Assembly: GCA_013239625.1 (NCBI GenBank)
Contig: MU053629.1
Location: 4,863,567-4,927,566, forward strand
From: Lama guanicoe
Lineage: Eukaryota
Direction of reading: 5' to 3'
DNA length: 64,000 bases
A model generated the notes under the pieces. That model was not told the origin of the DNA and ran no database searches. It saw only the letters and a list, made by a program, of their open reading frames with translations. The position numbers and the translations under genes are program-made. Numbering within the stretch: the first letter of the stretch is position 1; the number at the start of each line of letters is the position of its first letter. Below are positions 25,141-38,580 of the stretch, in pieces.

Positions 25141-27715
25141 TTTTTAAGTATAGATGGGCTGTGGGTGGTTTTTGCTTTAAGTGTTTTGACAAATTTTCAA
25201 CCAGATTATACAATGTGGTATCAATGATAAAATGTGCTATTGGAATGATGCTTGTGGTAACTGAGCGATCTGTGATGTGTGTTTTGCTTTAGGCACTAAA
25301 CTAGGGAATTGTTATATGTTTATTTTAGCCTCCCAATCCCCTATGAAAGGTTCTATTAGAACCACTTGGCAGGTAAAGAAGATGGAACTTATAGAGATGA
25401 TATATGACTGGTCCACAGATTCTGGCTGTGGTCATGGCTTATAGAAAACACAAAGCAAAGGTGTGGTTAACACCGGCGATAACCCAGGTTGTCATAAAGA
25501 TGGGATTTAAAGCCTGTAATGTGATGAAGCCCCTTTAAAGCACATGAACAGTCCTTGAAAACTGGGTCTCAACGCATCCTTCCCCAGCTGAGGTCAAGTC
25601 CCCCTCCTCTTGGCTTTTGATGTCCCAGCTTCATAGAATGGCCATGCTCCCAGGAGACCCAGGTGAGGGTGAGTGAGGGTAGGGGGTGAGATGTCCCAAA
25701 CACTAGAGGGCAACTTTAACTCCCACCCACTTAATTATTAAGTAATTGGAATGAAGTGATACCCAACAGTAGTCCAGGTTGTCAACTGCCCACAATTTCA
25801 ACAACACTACCAACTCCGGCCACCTCTTTCTCAGGATGCAGCCCCGCTGGGAAATTCCCAGAAGCCCCCTTGCACAAAGCTGGCAGCCCTTGCCCGGGCC
25901 TTGACAATGACTCCAAACCTGTGGTGAGTCTAAGTTTGTATATGTGGGGTGGGGTTGGCGGAGGCTAGGCTTCCATGCTGGGACGGGGGAGGAGGAGTCT
26001 GTGCAGGGTCAAAGCTGCCATGCCAGGAGGAACTGGAACAAGGAAGCCAGTGACATCTGAGAAAGGAGGGGGTAAGACAGCAGGAGAGCCTGAAATGAGT
26101 CTGCATGGGTCATTTAAAAGGCCGAGGAAGAAGGGGGCTTCTGGAGCCACAAAACAACCCTGGGGAATAAGGTAGCCCAGAAAATACAAAATGCAATGAA
26201 AGAGACAGCCAAGCGCCTGAGACCCAGGCTCTTGGTTTGTGCTTAAATGATCCTGGTGTGTGTTTATGTTGGGGGGTGGAGGAGGGGGACTGAAGTCTTC
26301 CAAGTTCTGTGGACTTGATTCAAGTATCAGGGCACCTGTCCCACCTTTTGAATCTCCCCACCTCCCAGTTGAAGAGTCTTTCCTCCTCCTTGCCTCCAGT
26401 CCCCAGGGCAGGCCACTGTCCCAGCTCTGCTGGGGGACGGGCACATTGCCTGAGATCACTCAGTCCTGCCGGCCAGATCAGGTCTGCTTTCCTAGGGCAG
26501 ACAGCCCTCCTCCGCTCAGCTCAGGGACCTTCAGAAAGCCCCTGGGTGTTACCAGGTCATGGCCTTCGACCCTCACCAGGAAATACATGTTATATCACAG
26601 CCCATACATAGGTGCTCACTAGCACACGGACGTGTGCGCGCACACACGCGTAAACAGAAGCCGAAGTTTCAACAAACAATAATTAGTATTTACCCTGATT
26701 ATCTACGCTGCACTCTGATTGTTTGCCATTCTTTTCTTTTTCATGTGTTGGAATGTTTGTATCTGCTCACAACTCACTCAGTTGACTTCAATGCCAGTGG
26801 GTTAAGACCAACAGTTTGAAATACACGCAAGACAACCAAATTATGCAGACATTTTGGAAAGAAAACCCCCGTTTGCCACAGCCACGTGTACTGTAGGACA
26901 AACTAGGATGAAGGGCAAGTGATGGTCCAAAGTCATCTCCTGGACCCTCCTCGGTGAGCGATTCTCAGTCACCATAGGGTTGACTGAATTGAATCGTATG
27001 ATGAAAGGGACCACTGTAATTCTGGGATACAAATCAGATTAATTATCGAGGGCTTTCTATATGCCAGGCATTGTCCTAAGCACTCCAATTAATGCATTTA
27101 ATCCTCGTGACATCACTATGTCATATGTAGTAATATTAATCCCTGATGAGTAGTTTGAGAACTTAACTTCCAGGAAGCAGCTAGTAAGAATGGATGCGGG
27201 AATCAAAGCCAGGCACGTTGTCTAGAGCCCCCAGCTCCTAAGCACCACACCTATCTCTCCTCCCTAGCACCCTGCTACGGGTTCATTGTGTCGTCTTTCA
27301 AAGAATGCCATCCAGTGCTGAGCTCAGCAGGCTCTGGCCAGAACTCCACAGTGGACGTAGACTAGAGCTGGAACTCTGGCATGGCCACCAATTCAGGACC
27401 CTTCGATTCTGGTGGTCTTGGCAGAGCAGTCCTTCAACACGAATTCACTAAGCACCTCCAACTCAGGAGATCAGGGCGAGACGGCTTCCGTGACACTACT
27501 TAGTCACTTAAGGACTTTCATATGAGTAAAAAGGGGCACAGAAACCCCCTGCCCCAGGACCTCCACTTTTATCTGTTTCAGATATAGAGTTTCTGCAGAG
27601 GCTCGTACTTGAACAACATAGTTTTGCTGTTAGAACAAGTGTGTTTGGTTGATTATGGAGAGATGAGCAAAAATTGTAGGGAATTCGCTTTCTTTTGGAA
27701 AATAATTCAACCAAC

Positions 27716-30170
27716 ATTTTATTATTGTGGTAAAATACACATAAACGTAAAATTTACCATTAGCAACAGTTAGAACCTTCACAATGTTGTATGATATTCA
27801 CCACTATTTAGACCCAGAACATTCTCATTACCCCAACAGGAGACCTCATACCCATTAAGCCATCACCCTCCATTAATCTCTCTCCCTAGCCCATGGCAAC
27901 CACTAATCTACTTTCTGTGTCTATAGATTTGCCTATTCTGGACATTTCATATAAATGATATCATACAACACATGGCCTTTCATGTCTGGCTTCTTTCACT
28001 TAGTACAGTGTGTTCCGGGTTCACCCATGTTGTAGCATGTATCAGTGCATCATTCCTTTTTATGGCTGAATAATATTCCATTGTATGGACATACCACATT
28101 TTGTTTCTCCATTTATCAGTTGAGAGACATCTGAATTGTTTCTACATTTTGTTTATTGTGAACAATACTTCTATAATCAGTTTTGTACAAGTTTTTGTTT
28201 GAACACATATTTTTAATTCTTTCGGGTATATACCCAGGAGAGGAAGAGCGAGATCATATGTTTAAGTTACTAAGGAACTGCCAAAGTGTTTTCCATAGTG
28301 CCTGCACCATTTTACATTTGCACCAGCAATATATGAGTGTTCTGATTTTTCCAAATCCTTACCAGTACTTGTTACTTTCTATTTTAAAAAAATTCTAGTT
28401 CTTCTAGTGGGTATGAACTGGTATCTTATTGTGGTTTTGATTTGCATTTCCCAATGACTAATGATACTGAGCATCTTTCCATGTTCTTATTGGCCACTGA
28501 ATATTTCCTTTAGAGGAATGTCTATCCAAGTCCTCTGCCCATTTTTAAATGATGAGTTGTAGGAGTTTTTAACATATTCTTGAAACAAGTTCCTTTCAAA
28601 TACATGATTTGCAAATATTTTATCTCATTCTGTGGGCTGTCATTGCACTCTCTTGATAGTGTCTTTTGATGCATGAACGTTTTTAATGTTGATAAAGTCC
28701 ATCCCAGGCTCCTATGAAATTACTGCTTTTGTCCTTTGAGTCAGCAAGCATGAGATTTTTCTGTGCAACCTTTAAGTGTAGAGTCTCTGATTGCCCCAGT
28801 CCTGCCGAGCTCCTGTAGTTAAGCCCTGCTGTCCTTCAAAGGCCAACACTCTGAGGACTGCTCTTCCTGGTGCCAGACCCCAGGGCTGGGGAGCCTGATA
28901 AGGGACTCAGAACTCTAACTCCCATAGGAGACTCTCTATAATATAATTATTCTCCAGTTTGTGGCCTCCACCCGGTGGGGGGACATGGGACCCGATTATA
29001 TTGCGAGTCCGCCCCTCCTCCCAGTCTTGTCGTGGTTTCTTCTTGAAGATTTTAGCTACAGAAGATCCTTTCTGGTAGTTTCCAGTCTTTTTTCTCACTA
29101 GTTGTTCTGCAGTTAGTCATGGTCTTGGTGTGTCTGTGAGAGGAAGTGAGCTCCAACTCCTTCTACTCCGCCATCTTGAAAGGATAATGTTGATAAAGTC
29201 CAATTCATCCATTTTCTTCTTTTGTTCCTTGTGTTTTTGGTGTGTTTTTTTTTTTTAATAAAAAAACGTTGCCAAACTTGAAGTCATGGACATTTGCCCC
29301 TATGTGCTCTCCTAAGAGTTGTATGGTTTTAGCTCCTCCCTTTAGGTCTTTGATTCATTTTGAGTTAACTGTTTAATATGGTGTGAGGTAGGATTCAAAC
29401 TTCATTTTTTGCAAGTAGATATTCAGTTTTCCCACCACAATTTGTTGAAGAGACTCTTTCCCCACTGAGTGGTCTTCACACTTGTTGCAAATCAATTGAC
29501 CAAAAATATAAGGATTCATTCCTGGACCCTCAATTCTATTCCATTGAGCTATATTTCTATTTTTATGCCAGTTCCACACTGGCTTGATTTACTGTGGCTT
29601 CATAGTAGATTTTAAAATCAGGAAAAGTGAGCCTCCCAACTTAGTTCTTTTTCTAGACTGTTTTGGCTCTTTGCAGACCCTTGCGATGCTATATGAATTT
29701 TAGGATCATCTTGTCTATTTCTGCAAAAAAAGCCTTTGGGATTTTGAAAGGGATGGCATTGCCTCTGTAGACTGCTTTGCATAGTATTACCATTTTAACA
29801 GTATTAAAATTTTGAAGCCATGAATCCAGAATGTTTTTCCATTTATTTAGATCTTTCTTATATTTTTTCAGCAATATTTTCAGCATAAGTCTTGTATCTC
29901 CTTGGTTAAATTTATTCCTAAATATTTCATTATTTTTTTAATTAATGGACTTTGGAGGGACATTTAGGTTTACAGAAAAAAATGAACAGAAAGTAAGAGT
30001 TCTGACATACCCTTTTATTTTATTCTTTTCGATGCTATTATAAATGGCATTATTTTCTTCATTTCCGTTTCTGGTTGTTAAATGCTAGTGTAGAAATACA
30101 ACCGATTTTTGTGTATTGATCTGGTACCCTGCAACTTTGCTGGATTTGTTTATTAGCTCTAATTGCTATT
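27716..30170 (-). mobile_element. L1MB-type element (3'UTR + ORF2 end), interrupted at 28702-29184
   Basis: ttgtggtaaaatacacataa 3' end; ORF2 remnants WHKNRNIAQWNRIE and DLNKWKNI...VKMVILCKAVYR...IPFKIPKAFFAEIDKMILKFI. Confidence 0.92.
28702..29184 (-). mobile_element. Isolated L1 5'UTR segment between 18-bp TSDs, no poly(A)
   Basis: Minus strand begins tcctttCAAGATGGCGgagtagaaggagttggagctcacttcctctcacagac (YY1-type L1 5' start); perfect repeat taatgttgataaagtcca at 28684-28701 and 29185-29202. Confidence 0.75.
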
Positions 30171-30932
30171 AATATGTGACCTTTGCTCTAGTCCACACAC
30201 CTTCTTTAATCCCCATTTAATTGTTGAAGAAACCAAGTAGCTGGCACTTGCCCTGGGTTCTACTGCCTCTTATGGCTGAGGTTACACCCAGTTTAGGTCT
30301 CCACTCCCTCCTAACTGAACCTGGGACTTTGCAGTGTAATTTGCAGACGCAGATTCCAGCAAGTTCCTTCTACAAAGCCTCCAGTCCATCCCTTCCAACT
30401 CCCCAGTCTCTACCTCCCATTGGCCTCCTTTAACCGTTATCACGAGCTCAGCTGGACTCCCACCCCTACCTGGCCCTCAGCTCTGGCTGCCGGTCACCGA
30501 GATAACTCTCAATAAATGAAACCCCAGGACCCTTTATCCCGACTTCCCAGCTGGAGCAGAGAACGGCGGGGGACATCCACCGCCTCTACTCCCCACCGCT
30601 CCCTGGCGACCCTGGTCTTCCGGAGCACCAGTGAGAGGGCCCGGGTCTCAGGCTTCCCAGATCTGTGCAGACACTGCCCTGGCAAAGTCAGACCTTTGCC
30701 TGCAACACGCCTTCCGTGAAAGCAGGCAAATTCAGCATGCAAACCAGGATTATTTTAGGGGTTAGGGGCCTCCGCTTGGAATCTGGTTTTCATCCTCACA
30801 AAAAGGCAGCCGTAACAGTGGGAATCACATCTTTAGACCCAGAGAAGCTCTTAGACAAGACCGAGGGGTGGCAATGCGCCCTGGAGTTTGAGTAGGTGGG
30901 GAGCGAGTGGAAGGAGGAACCACTGGCCCAGA

Positions 30933-30956
30933 GCCCCGCCCGGTTGCCTAGGTGAC
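30933..30956. promoter_or_regulatory. GC box adjacent to an RFX X-box, in a CpG-retaining non-repeat island
   Basis: gccccgccc (30933-30941) then GTTGCCTAGGTGAC (30943-30956), close to the X-box consensus GTTGCCATGGCAAC. Confidence 0.55.
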
Positions 30957-32872
30957 GGGGAGGGGGAGGGAGGATGAGGGGGAAGTGAGCGGGCTGAGTT
31001 CATCCCGGCGGCTCAGATCTTAGCACCTTCTAGTAACACGCATCTCCGCTTCTCCCAATAGCTCAGCCCCTACAGGGAAGCCGAGTCTTCCCCGTTCTTG
31101 CACCCTGGTACCCAGTGTAATGCCGTTTGTGGAGAAATAGAACACAGTCTCCTGGCTCAGTAGTTTTCAAGCAGGTTTGTAGCAACAGATCCTTGATTCA
31201 AAGGAAATCTAACCCAGAACCCCAGTATGCAAATCAAACATACAGGGAGCTGTTCACCCACCCTCCCCAGGACTCTAGGGTTGCAACACCCAGGATGTGA
31301 AAATCTCCGGTCTGGGCCCAAACTCTGAGGGTACAGATGGGAAAAGTGATGTCCCCAGAGGGCTGCTGACTTCCTCAAAGATACCCAATAAATGAGTTCG
31401 TGGCAGAACCAGGGTGGCACATGGTGTCGCCAGGACCACGACAGAGCCAGCATAAAGAAGCAGAAGCCTTGCAGGTAACGGAAGAGGGAACAGGGGGCAC
31501 AGGTTGTCTTGGAACGTCAAATTTCTAGATCGGCCAGGACATCGCAACCCTTGTCATTTTACAGAGGAAGAAAACTGAGGCTCAGAGAGGGGGCAATGGC
31601 TTGTTAGTGGAGCGATCCTAAGAAGGAATAATATTGCCTTAGAAAGAAGATGAATTTGAACATTTGGCTCTTTGGCTAGCTTAAGCTGCCTCTGACGAAA
31701 CTCCGAGGTGCCAGATGGCGCAGGGGGAGGAGCACTGGCCTGCGTGTTTCATCCCCCTTTGTTACATACAAGCCCCATGACCTTGAGAGAATTATTTTAA
31801 AGAGCCAGGGGATCATCCCCTGATTTATGAGAGGTCCAGAAGAGTAATAGGATTAAATGGTGCTTCAGGCTGTTTTATACTGTTTCTAAATGTCAGGGGC
31901 TCCTTTAGGGGGAAGGGGAGTAAGCACACTCCTCTTTAAAGACTGAGTTTGACAGTGAGTTTTTAAAAAGGCTCTTTATTTTTATTTTCCATCTTTCATG
32001 GCTAATTATAAAGTAACACATGGCTATTCCAGAGAATTTGCAAAGTACAGAAAAAAAAGAAAGAAAACAAAATCACCCATAAATATGTTACCCAGTGCAA
32101 CCATTGTTCAACACTGTTATACATTTCCTTTCAGTCTTTTTTCTATTGCTTTTTCCTTGTACAGAGTACGTTATACTGTAATTTTAAAAATAATTTTATT
32201 TAATGATTCATAAAGTAGTTCCTTTTACCTGGTACATTATGTCTGACTATTAAAAAATTACAAATAATATCAAAAAGGCAAAACAAAACAAAACAAAAAC
32301 CCAAATCCCCAAAACAAAACCAGTTTGACAAGACAAAGCAAGCATCAGACATGGCAGGGATGCTGGAATGATCAGACTGGGAGTTTAAAATAACTCTGAT
32401 TAATACGCTAAGGGCTCTAATGGCTAGAAGTAGACAGCATGTAAGAACAGATGGGCAATGTAAACAGAGAGATGGAAATCCTGAGAAAGAACCAAAGGAA
32501 ATGCTAGAGTTAAAAAAAAAAAACTTGTAACAGAAATGAAGAATGTGTTTGACAGGCTCATGAGTAGACTGGCCATGGCTGAGGAAGGAATGTTTGCGCC
32601 TGAGAATGTCTCAATAGAATCCTCAAATCCCATAAAGCAGAGAGAATACAGATCGGGAGAAAAAAAATAACAGAATATTCAAGGTGTGTGGGGCAACTAT
32701 AGAAGGTATAACACACGTGTAATGGGGATACCTCAAGAAAGAGAAAGAGCAGAAGAAATATTTATAACAATAATGACTGAGCATTTTCTCAAATTAATGT
32801 CAGATACCAAATCACAGATTCAGGAAACTCAGAGAGCACTAAGCAAGATAAGCATTTAAAAAACAATGTCTT

Positions 32873-33075
32873 CAAGTTTATACTGTACAGCACAGGGAAA
32901 TATATACAAGATCTTGTGGTAGCTCACGGTGAAAACGAATGTGACAATGAATATATGTATGTTCACATATGACTGAAAAATTGTGCTCTATACCAGGATT
33001 TGACACAACATTGTAAACGGACTATAACTAAATAAAATAAAAATTAAATTAAATTTAAAAATACAAATAAAATAG
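32873..33075 (+). mobile_element. Young L1 3' end
   Basis: tactgtacagcacagggaaatatatacaagatcttgtggtagc...acaacattgtaaacggactataact + A-rich tail. Confidence 0.88.
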
Positions 33076-33417
33076 AATGTTTTAGCATAGTATTTTCAAA
33101 TTACAGAACATTAAAGATAAAGAAAAAACCCTGAACAAAGCCAGAAGAAAAAGACTCCTTATCTATAGAGGGGAAAAAAGATAAGAATGACATGCAGCTT
33201 CTCCTCAGAAACCATGTAAGCAAGAATAAAGTGTGGGGAGGGAAAAACCCCAGCCACCTAGAATTCTGTACTCTCCAAAATTATCCTTCAAAAGTGAAGG
33301 AAAAATTAAAAAAAAATTTTTTCTCAGATAAACAAAAATTGAGGGAATATGTTGCCAGTAGAACTGCCTTGCAAGAAATTTTAAAAGAAGTTCTTTAGAG
33401 AAAAGGAAAATAATATA

Positions 33418-33761
33418 CAGTGGTCCCTTGGTATCTGCAGGGGACTGGTTCCGTGACCTCCCACGGATACCAAAACCCATGGTTGCTCAAGTCCCTTTTA
33501 TAAATGGCATTGTATTTGCATATAACTTATGCACGTCCTCCTGAGTACTTTAAATCATCTCTAGATTACTTATAATACCAAATACAATGTAAATGCTATG
33601 TAAATAGTTGTAAATACATGTAAGTTCTATGTAAATAGTTGCCAGGATATGGCAAATTCAAGTTTTGCTTTTTGAAATTTTCTGGATTTTCTCCCCAGAG
33701 CTTTAATTTGAGGTTGGTTGATTCCACAGATATGAAACTCATGGATGTGGAGGGCCAATTG
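33418..33761. mobile_element. MER2 (TcMar-Tigger MITE), apparently complete
   Basis: TA|cagtggtcccttggtatctgcagggga...ggatgtggagggccaattg|TA, 344 bp, degenerate TIRs and TA duplication. Confidence 0.9.
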
Positions 33762-34542
33762 TAGGTCAAAGCCCTACAGAAACAGACTCACAGACATGGA
33801 ATACAGACTTGTGGTTGCCAGGGGGGAGGCAGGTGGGAAGGGATAAACTGGGAGTTCGAGATTTGCAGATTAAAGAAAAAAAACTTTTAAAAAAAGATCT
33901 ACGTTTAAAAAAAGAGCGTTGAAAGGGAATAAGTGAAGGTAAAATAAAACTTATTTATCTTATTCTTAATTGATAACACAGATAATAGTTTGCTCAAAGT
34001 GATAATGGCAAAAATGTATTTGATTATGGTGCTTATGTATATATCATATATATGTATGTATGCTTATATATAAGTGAAACTCAGCAGTAGTGATACAAGG
34101 AACAGGATGAAGGAGGATATTTTGCTATTATAAGGTACTCATACTACCTGTAAAGGGGTATAGGATTATTTGAAAGTGGACTTAGACTAGTTGTAAATGT
34201 AGATTGCAAACTGTAGGGAAACCACTAAAAAAAAAAAAGGTTAAGAAAGTGGAGAAAATGAAATCATAGAGAATACTTAGTCAAAACCACAAAAGGCAGA
34301 AACAGTGGATGACAAATCAAGGGACAAAGAACAAAGGCAACAAGTAGAAAACCAGTAACAAATATGGTAGCCATTAATCCAACTCCATCAATAATCACTT
34401 TGAAGGTCACTGGTGTAAATGTGCCAAATAAAAGAAAGATGTTTTGTAGGTGGATCAAGTAACATGACTCAACTATGTATTGTTTACAAGAAGCCCATTT
34501 TAAATATAAAGACACATATAAATTAAAAATAAATAGGTGGAG

Positions 34543-34716
34543 AGGGAAAAGTGTAGGTCAACTGGTAGAGTGCAATTCTTGGCATGCACAAGGTCCTGGG
34601 TTCACTTCCCAGTACCTCCGCTAAAATTAAATAAATAAATAAATCCAATTACCTCCCTCAACAAAACAGCAACAAAAGTAAAAATAGAAAAGGGAAAAAA
34701 CATTTGAAAAAAAAAA
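34543..34716 (+). mobile_element. vic-1-type tRNA-Ala SINE (diverged)
   Basis: tggtagagtgcaattcttggcatgcacaaggtcctgggttcacttcccagtacctcc + (taaa)n + tail. Confidence 0.85.
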
Positions 34717-35054
34717 GGACATAAATAGAGAAATATACTAGGCTGACATTAATCAAAAGAAAGCAGGAGTAGCCATGTTAATTTCAGGCAGAGCTAACTT
34801 CAAAATAAGACAGTTATCAGAGATTAAAAAATGACATGACATAATAATCAAGGGGTCATTTCTCCAAGAAGACATAACAGTTCTTGACATGTGTGTGCCT
34901 AACGACAAAATGTCAACCTGTATGAGGCAAAAACTGATCGAACTGAAATAGATGAATTCACTGTCATAGTCAGAGATTTCAATACTTCTCTGTCAGAAAG
35001 GGACAGATCCATCAGGCAGAAAGTCAGCGAGGACATAGTTGAATTCAACAACGC

Positions 35055-35250
35055 TGTTTATAAAATAGATAAGCAAGTTTATGCTGTACAGCACAGGGAA
35101 ATATATTCAATATCTCGTAGTAGCTTATGGTGAAAAAGAATATGAAAATGAATGTATATTCATGTATGACTGAAGAATTGTGCTGTACACCAGAAATTGA
35201 CACAACATTGTAAACTGACTATACCTCAATAAAAAAAAACAAAAACAAAA
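35055..35250 (+). mobile_element. Young L1 3' end
   Basis: gtacagcacagggaaatatattcaatatc...gacacaacattgtaaactgactatacctcaat(A)n. Confidence 0.9.
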
Positions 35251-37244
35251 CAACCCAACACCATCTATCTGTCTTTTTTATTATAGTCGTCCTGCTGGGT
35301 GTGAAGTGGTATCTCATTGGGATTTTGGTTTGCATCTCCCTAATGACTGATGATGTTGAGTACCATTTCAGGTGCTTATTAAAATGTATTTTTAAAAGAA
35401 TTCATTAGTATCTATGCCCTCACCCAAACAAGGCAAAAATGCCAATAAGAAACTTTTATTCTCCTTCACTTTTTATGGGATATTTCCACACACTTCTACT
35501 TTGCTGACACCTGAAATTTTAGTTTCAGGTGAAGATTTTATAACTCTTCAAGAAAGTTCTTATTACGATTTCTTAAATTCCTTGTTCACCTTTGGTCTTT
35601 GTGTGACAGTTTCCTCTCAGATTTATTTATTTTTTTCCTTAACTGGAGCACAGTACCTTGTTGGTTTTTGTTTTATTCTATATTATTTTCAGAAGGGATC
35701 TGGAAAGGAGAGGTGAGTAAGCTTTCTGAGCACTTTTATGTCCAAAAATGCCTCTCTTTTACATTTTAAATTCTTATTTAAATAATAATTTGGCTATTAA
35801 ATAATGAACGCAAATGTCCCTATGGTTAGCATTTTGAAGCTATTGAAGTGATGTTACCAAAAAGAAACCTGACTTCATTCTGTTGCAGTTGGTAAATCTG
35901 ATTTTTTTTAGATGAGCACTTAATGTAGAATTTCTACTTTATCCTTCATGTTCTGAAATTTCACTATGATAAGCCTAAAGGTGGGTTAAAAGTTTTTATT
36001 GGTACGTGGTGGACCCTTTCAATCTGAAGACTTACTTTTTAAAGAAAAATTCTGGTAATCTCTGGCTATTATCTCTTTAAATATTGCATCCATTCCATTA
36101 TCTCTGCCCTATAGCTCCAAAACTCATTAGATAAATATTGACACTTCTGAGTCTACTCCCCACATCCGTAAGCTTCCTTTTTGCCATCCATCTCCATCAC
36201 TTTGTGTTGCAATCCAGAATTCCTAGATCTCATCTTCCACTTCCCTGATTCACTCTTTAACTGTGTTCATTCTATTAGGCCGTCTATATTTTAATTTCAA
36301 TAATTATACTTTTTATTACAAAATCACTAATTGTTTCTTTTTTTGCAACCAGCTCTTCCTGTTTCACAAATGAAATACTCTCCCTTACTCTCTGAGGATT
36401 TATCATTACGTTTATTTTTAAGTCTAGTTCCGATTACCCTATTAATTCTCTTTCCTCAGATGTGCATTTATCTCTTTGTTAGACATAGTATGTCTCTATT
36501 ATAACATTGCACACCTTCAACGATTGGTGATTCTTGGCTGTGTATGCATTTTTTTGCAGTTGCATTGTCTGATTAGGCTGATGGCTGCCTCTGGTTGAGC
36601 TGTTTGTTTATAGGGAGGGGCAAGACAACTGCTGGAACTTGTACTCCACACTCTTTTGATGGGCAGGACCTGCTGCCGGGTGGAACCTCAGCAGCTGGTC
36701 TTCTGGGCTTGGATGTTTTTCATTCCTTCCAGACTTTGACAGTCACTCAGCCCATGGCTCTTTCTCATTAATCCAAGCACTTACCCCCAAAGCTCTTACA
36801 CGCGGGGCACTTGGAGAAATGCAAGGTCCGTGGGCCTGGCTGCTCCTGCTACAGTTTCGCGATTCATTCCCCTGTCAGTTTCAGTTTCCCCGTGGGCACT
36901 TTTTTTTTTTTCCCCATTAATCCTGGACATGGAATCTTGGTGTTCTTCCCTCCTTTAGGGTGGCTTACTTCAACAACTGGGGCTGCTGCTTCCTTCTCTA
37001 GTCCAGTCATGCCTGCTTTCAGTCTCACATAGACCCTTCACGGGTTTGGACCATAAAGAAAGCCCCTGCTTATTTTTGAATATGTACCTTGTCCCCCTCT
37101 CTTTCCTAAGGCTGAGCGAGGGCTCAGTCTGACATATACATATATATTCACACATGCATGTACATAAGTATGTATGTATATAATTCTGTATTTTTCTGCT
37201 TAATATTGTGTTAAAAACGTATTTTCAGATATGTGAGTATAGGG

Positions 37245-37283
37245 GTGTGTGTGTGTGTGTGTGTGTATGTGTGTGTGTGTGTG
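37245..37283. repeat. (TG)n microsatellite
   Basis: Direct reading; one interruption. Confidence 0.95.
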
Positions 37284-38580
37284 TTTCCTAGCTGTGTCTG
37301 CTGACAGGGGCCCAGAGGCAATGAAACCTTAGTAGTAATGAACATACTTATTGCTCAAATCTTGGTTTCTAAATACTATTATCCACTAAAAGTAACCAAG
37401 GCTTCTTTAGAGAAATGACTGATTTTAGGACTGGGGCATGGACAGTCCAAGGTAAGCCTGGAACATCTTGTTGCATCAGATAACATGCAAATGCCAGAAA
37501 AAAAATGATAAAGGTAGAGCAAAAGGACATAGGAGTCAACTGAAGAGGTTCTCATTGGCCAAATCTGGGGCAACGTGAGCATCAAAATAAATCATGATGT
37601 GATAAATAATAACTCATAAAATAAAAATAAATAAATAAGAATCCCTGCTGTATATGGATAACCGAATCTCTTTGCTTTACTAGAACTAACGCAACATTGT
37701 AAATCAGCTATACTTCAATAAAAAAGAATAAAAATGACAATTAAAATTTTTTTGGAAAGAATCCATGATGGTAAAAAGATGAATATATATACGAGGGAGA
37801 AGGGAATTCCTCCCTAGGGCAGAATTACAATTAGTAAAGAAGGATTGATGAAACCAGAAAATCACCCTTTGGCAACTACTGTAAGAAAGGAATGTTTCAA
37901 ACAAGTATCATCAACAGATGCTAAAACTGGAAGGTAAACATTTAACAAAAAAGCGGGATATTTGCATAGTCTCAGAGCATCTCCCCACGAGATGCTTATT
38001 CATTATAAAAGAAAGAGTAATATGTTTACAGTGGAGAAACCTGACAGCCACCACCTTAATTGAGTGATCAAAGTTAACATCGCCAGTAATGTGACAGGGA
38101 GACACCACGCGACTCTTGATTTAATCAGGACACGCCATCACCTGCATCATATTTCTGACAGAAAGGCATAACCGGAGTCTAATCATACGGAAACATCAGA
38201 TAAACCCAAACTGAGGGACATCCTACAAAATAACTGACCTGTTCAAAGTTACCAAAATCATGAATGACAAGGAAAGAGTGAGAAACTGTTCCAAATTAAA
38301 GGAGGCTAAAGAGATGTGACCCCTAAATACAATATGTGATCCAAGATTGTTTCCTAAATCAGAAGAAATATTTTTCCCCTTTTGCGATAAAGAACATCAC
38401 TGGGGCAATGGCGAAATGTTTATGTCTGTGGATTAAGTGATGGGATTGTTTCGTTATCAACTTCCTGACTTCACTTACTGTTATGTAAGAAAGTCTTTAT
38501 TTTGTCTTTATTTTTAGGGAAAACACACTGAAGTATTTATGGATAAACAAACCAGTGCTCAAACACAGACAGACACAGAG
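37284..38580 (+). mobile_element. L1MC/MD-type 3' region with a small nested young L1 end (37645-37755)
   Basis: caaatcttggtttctaaatac...ttacagtggagaaacctgacagccaccacctt...aaacccaaactgagggacatcctacaaaataactg. Confidence 0.8.

Larger units (their letters stand above)
32240..35055 (+). mobile_element. Old L1 (L1MC/MD-type) ORF1 to ORF2-start remnant with nested insertions
   Basis: ORF1 remnant YPSKVKEKLK..FSDKQKLREYVASRTALQEILKEVL; endonuclease-start remnant atcaataatcactttgaaggtcactggt...gaaagcaggagtagcc. Confidence 0.85.

Noticed and set aside
31706..31722. CTCF-like motif gtgccagatggcgc
   Set aside because: Lacks the leading CC of the core; cannot be supported from sequence alone
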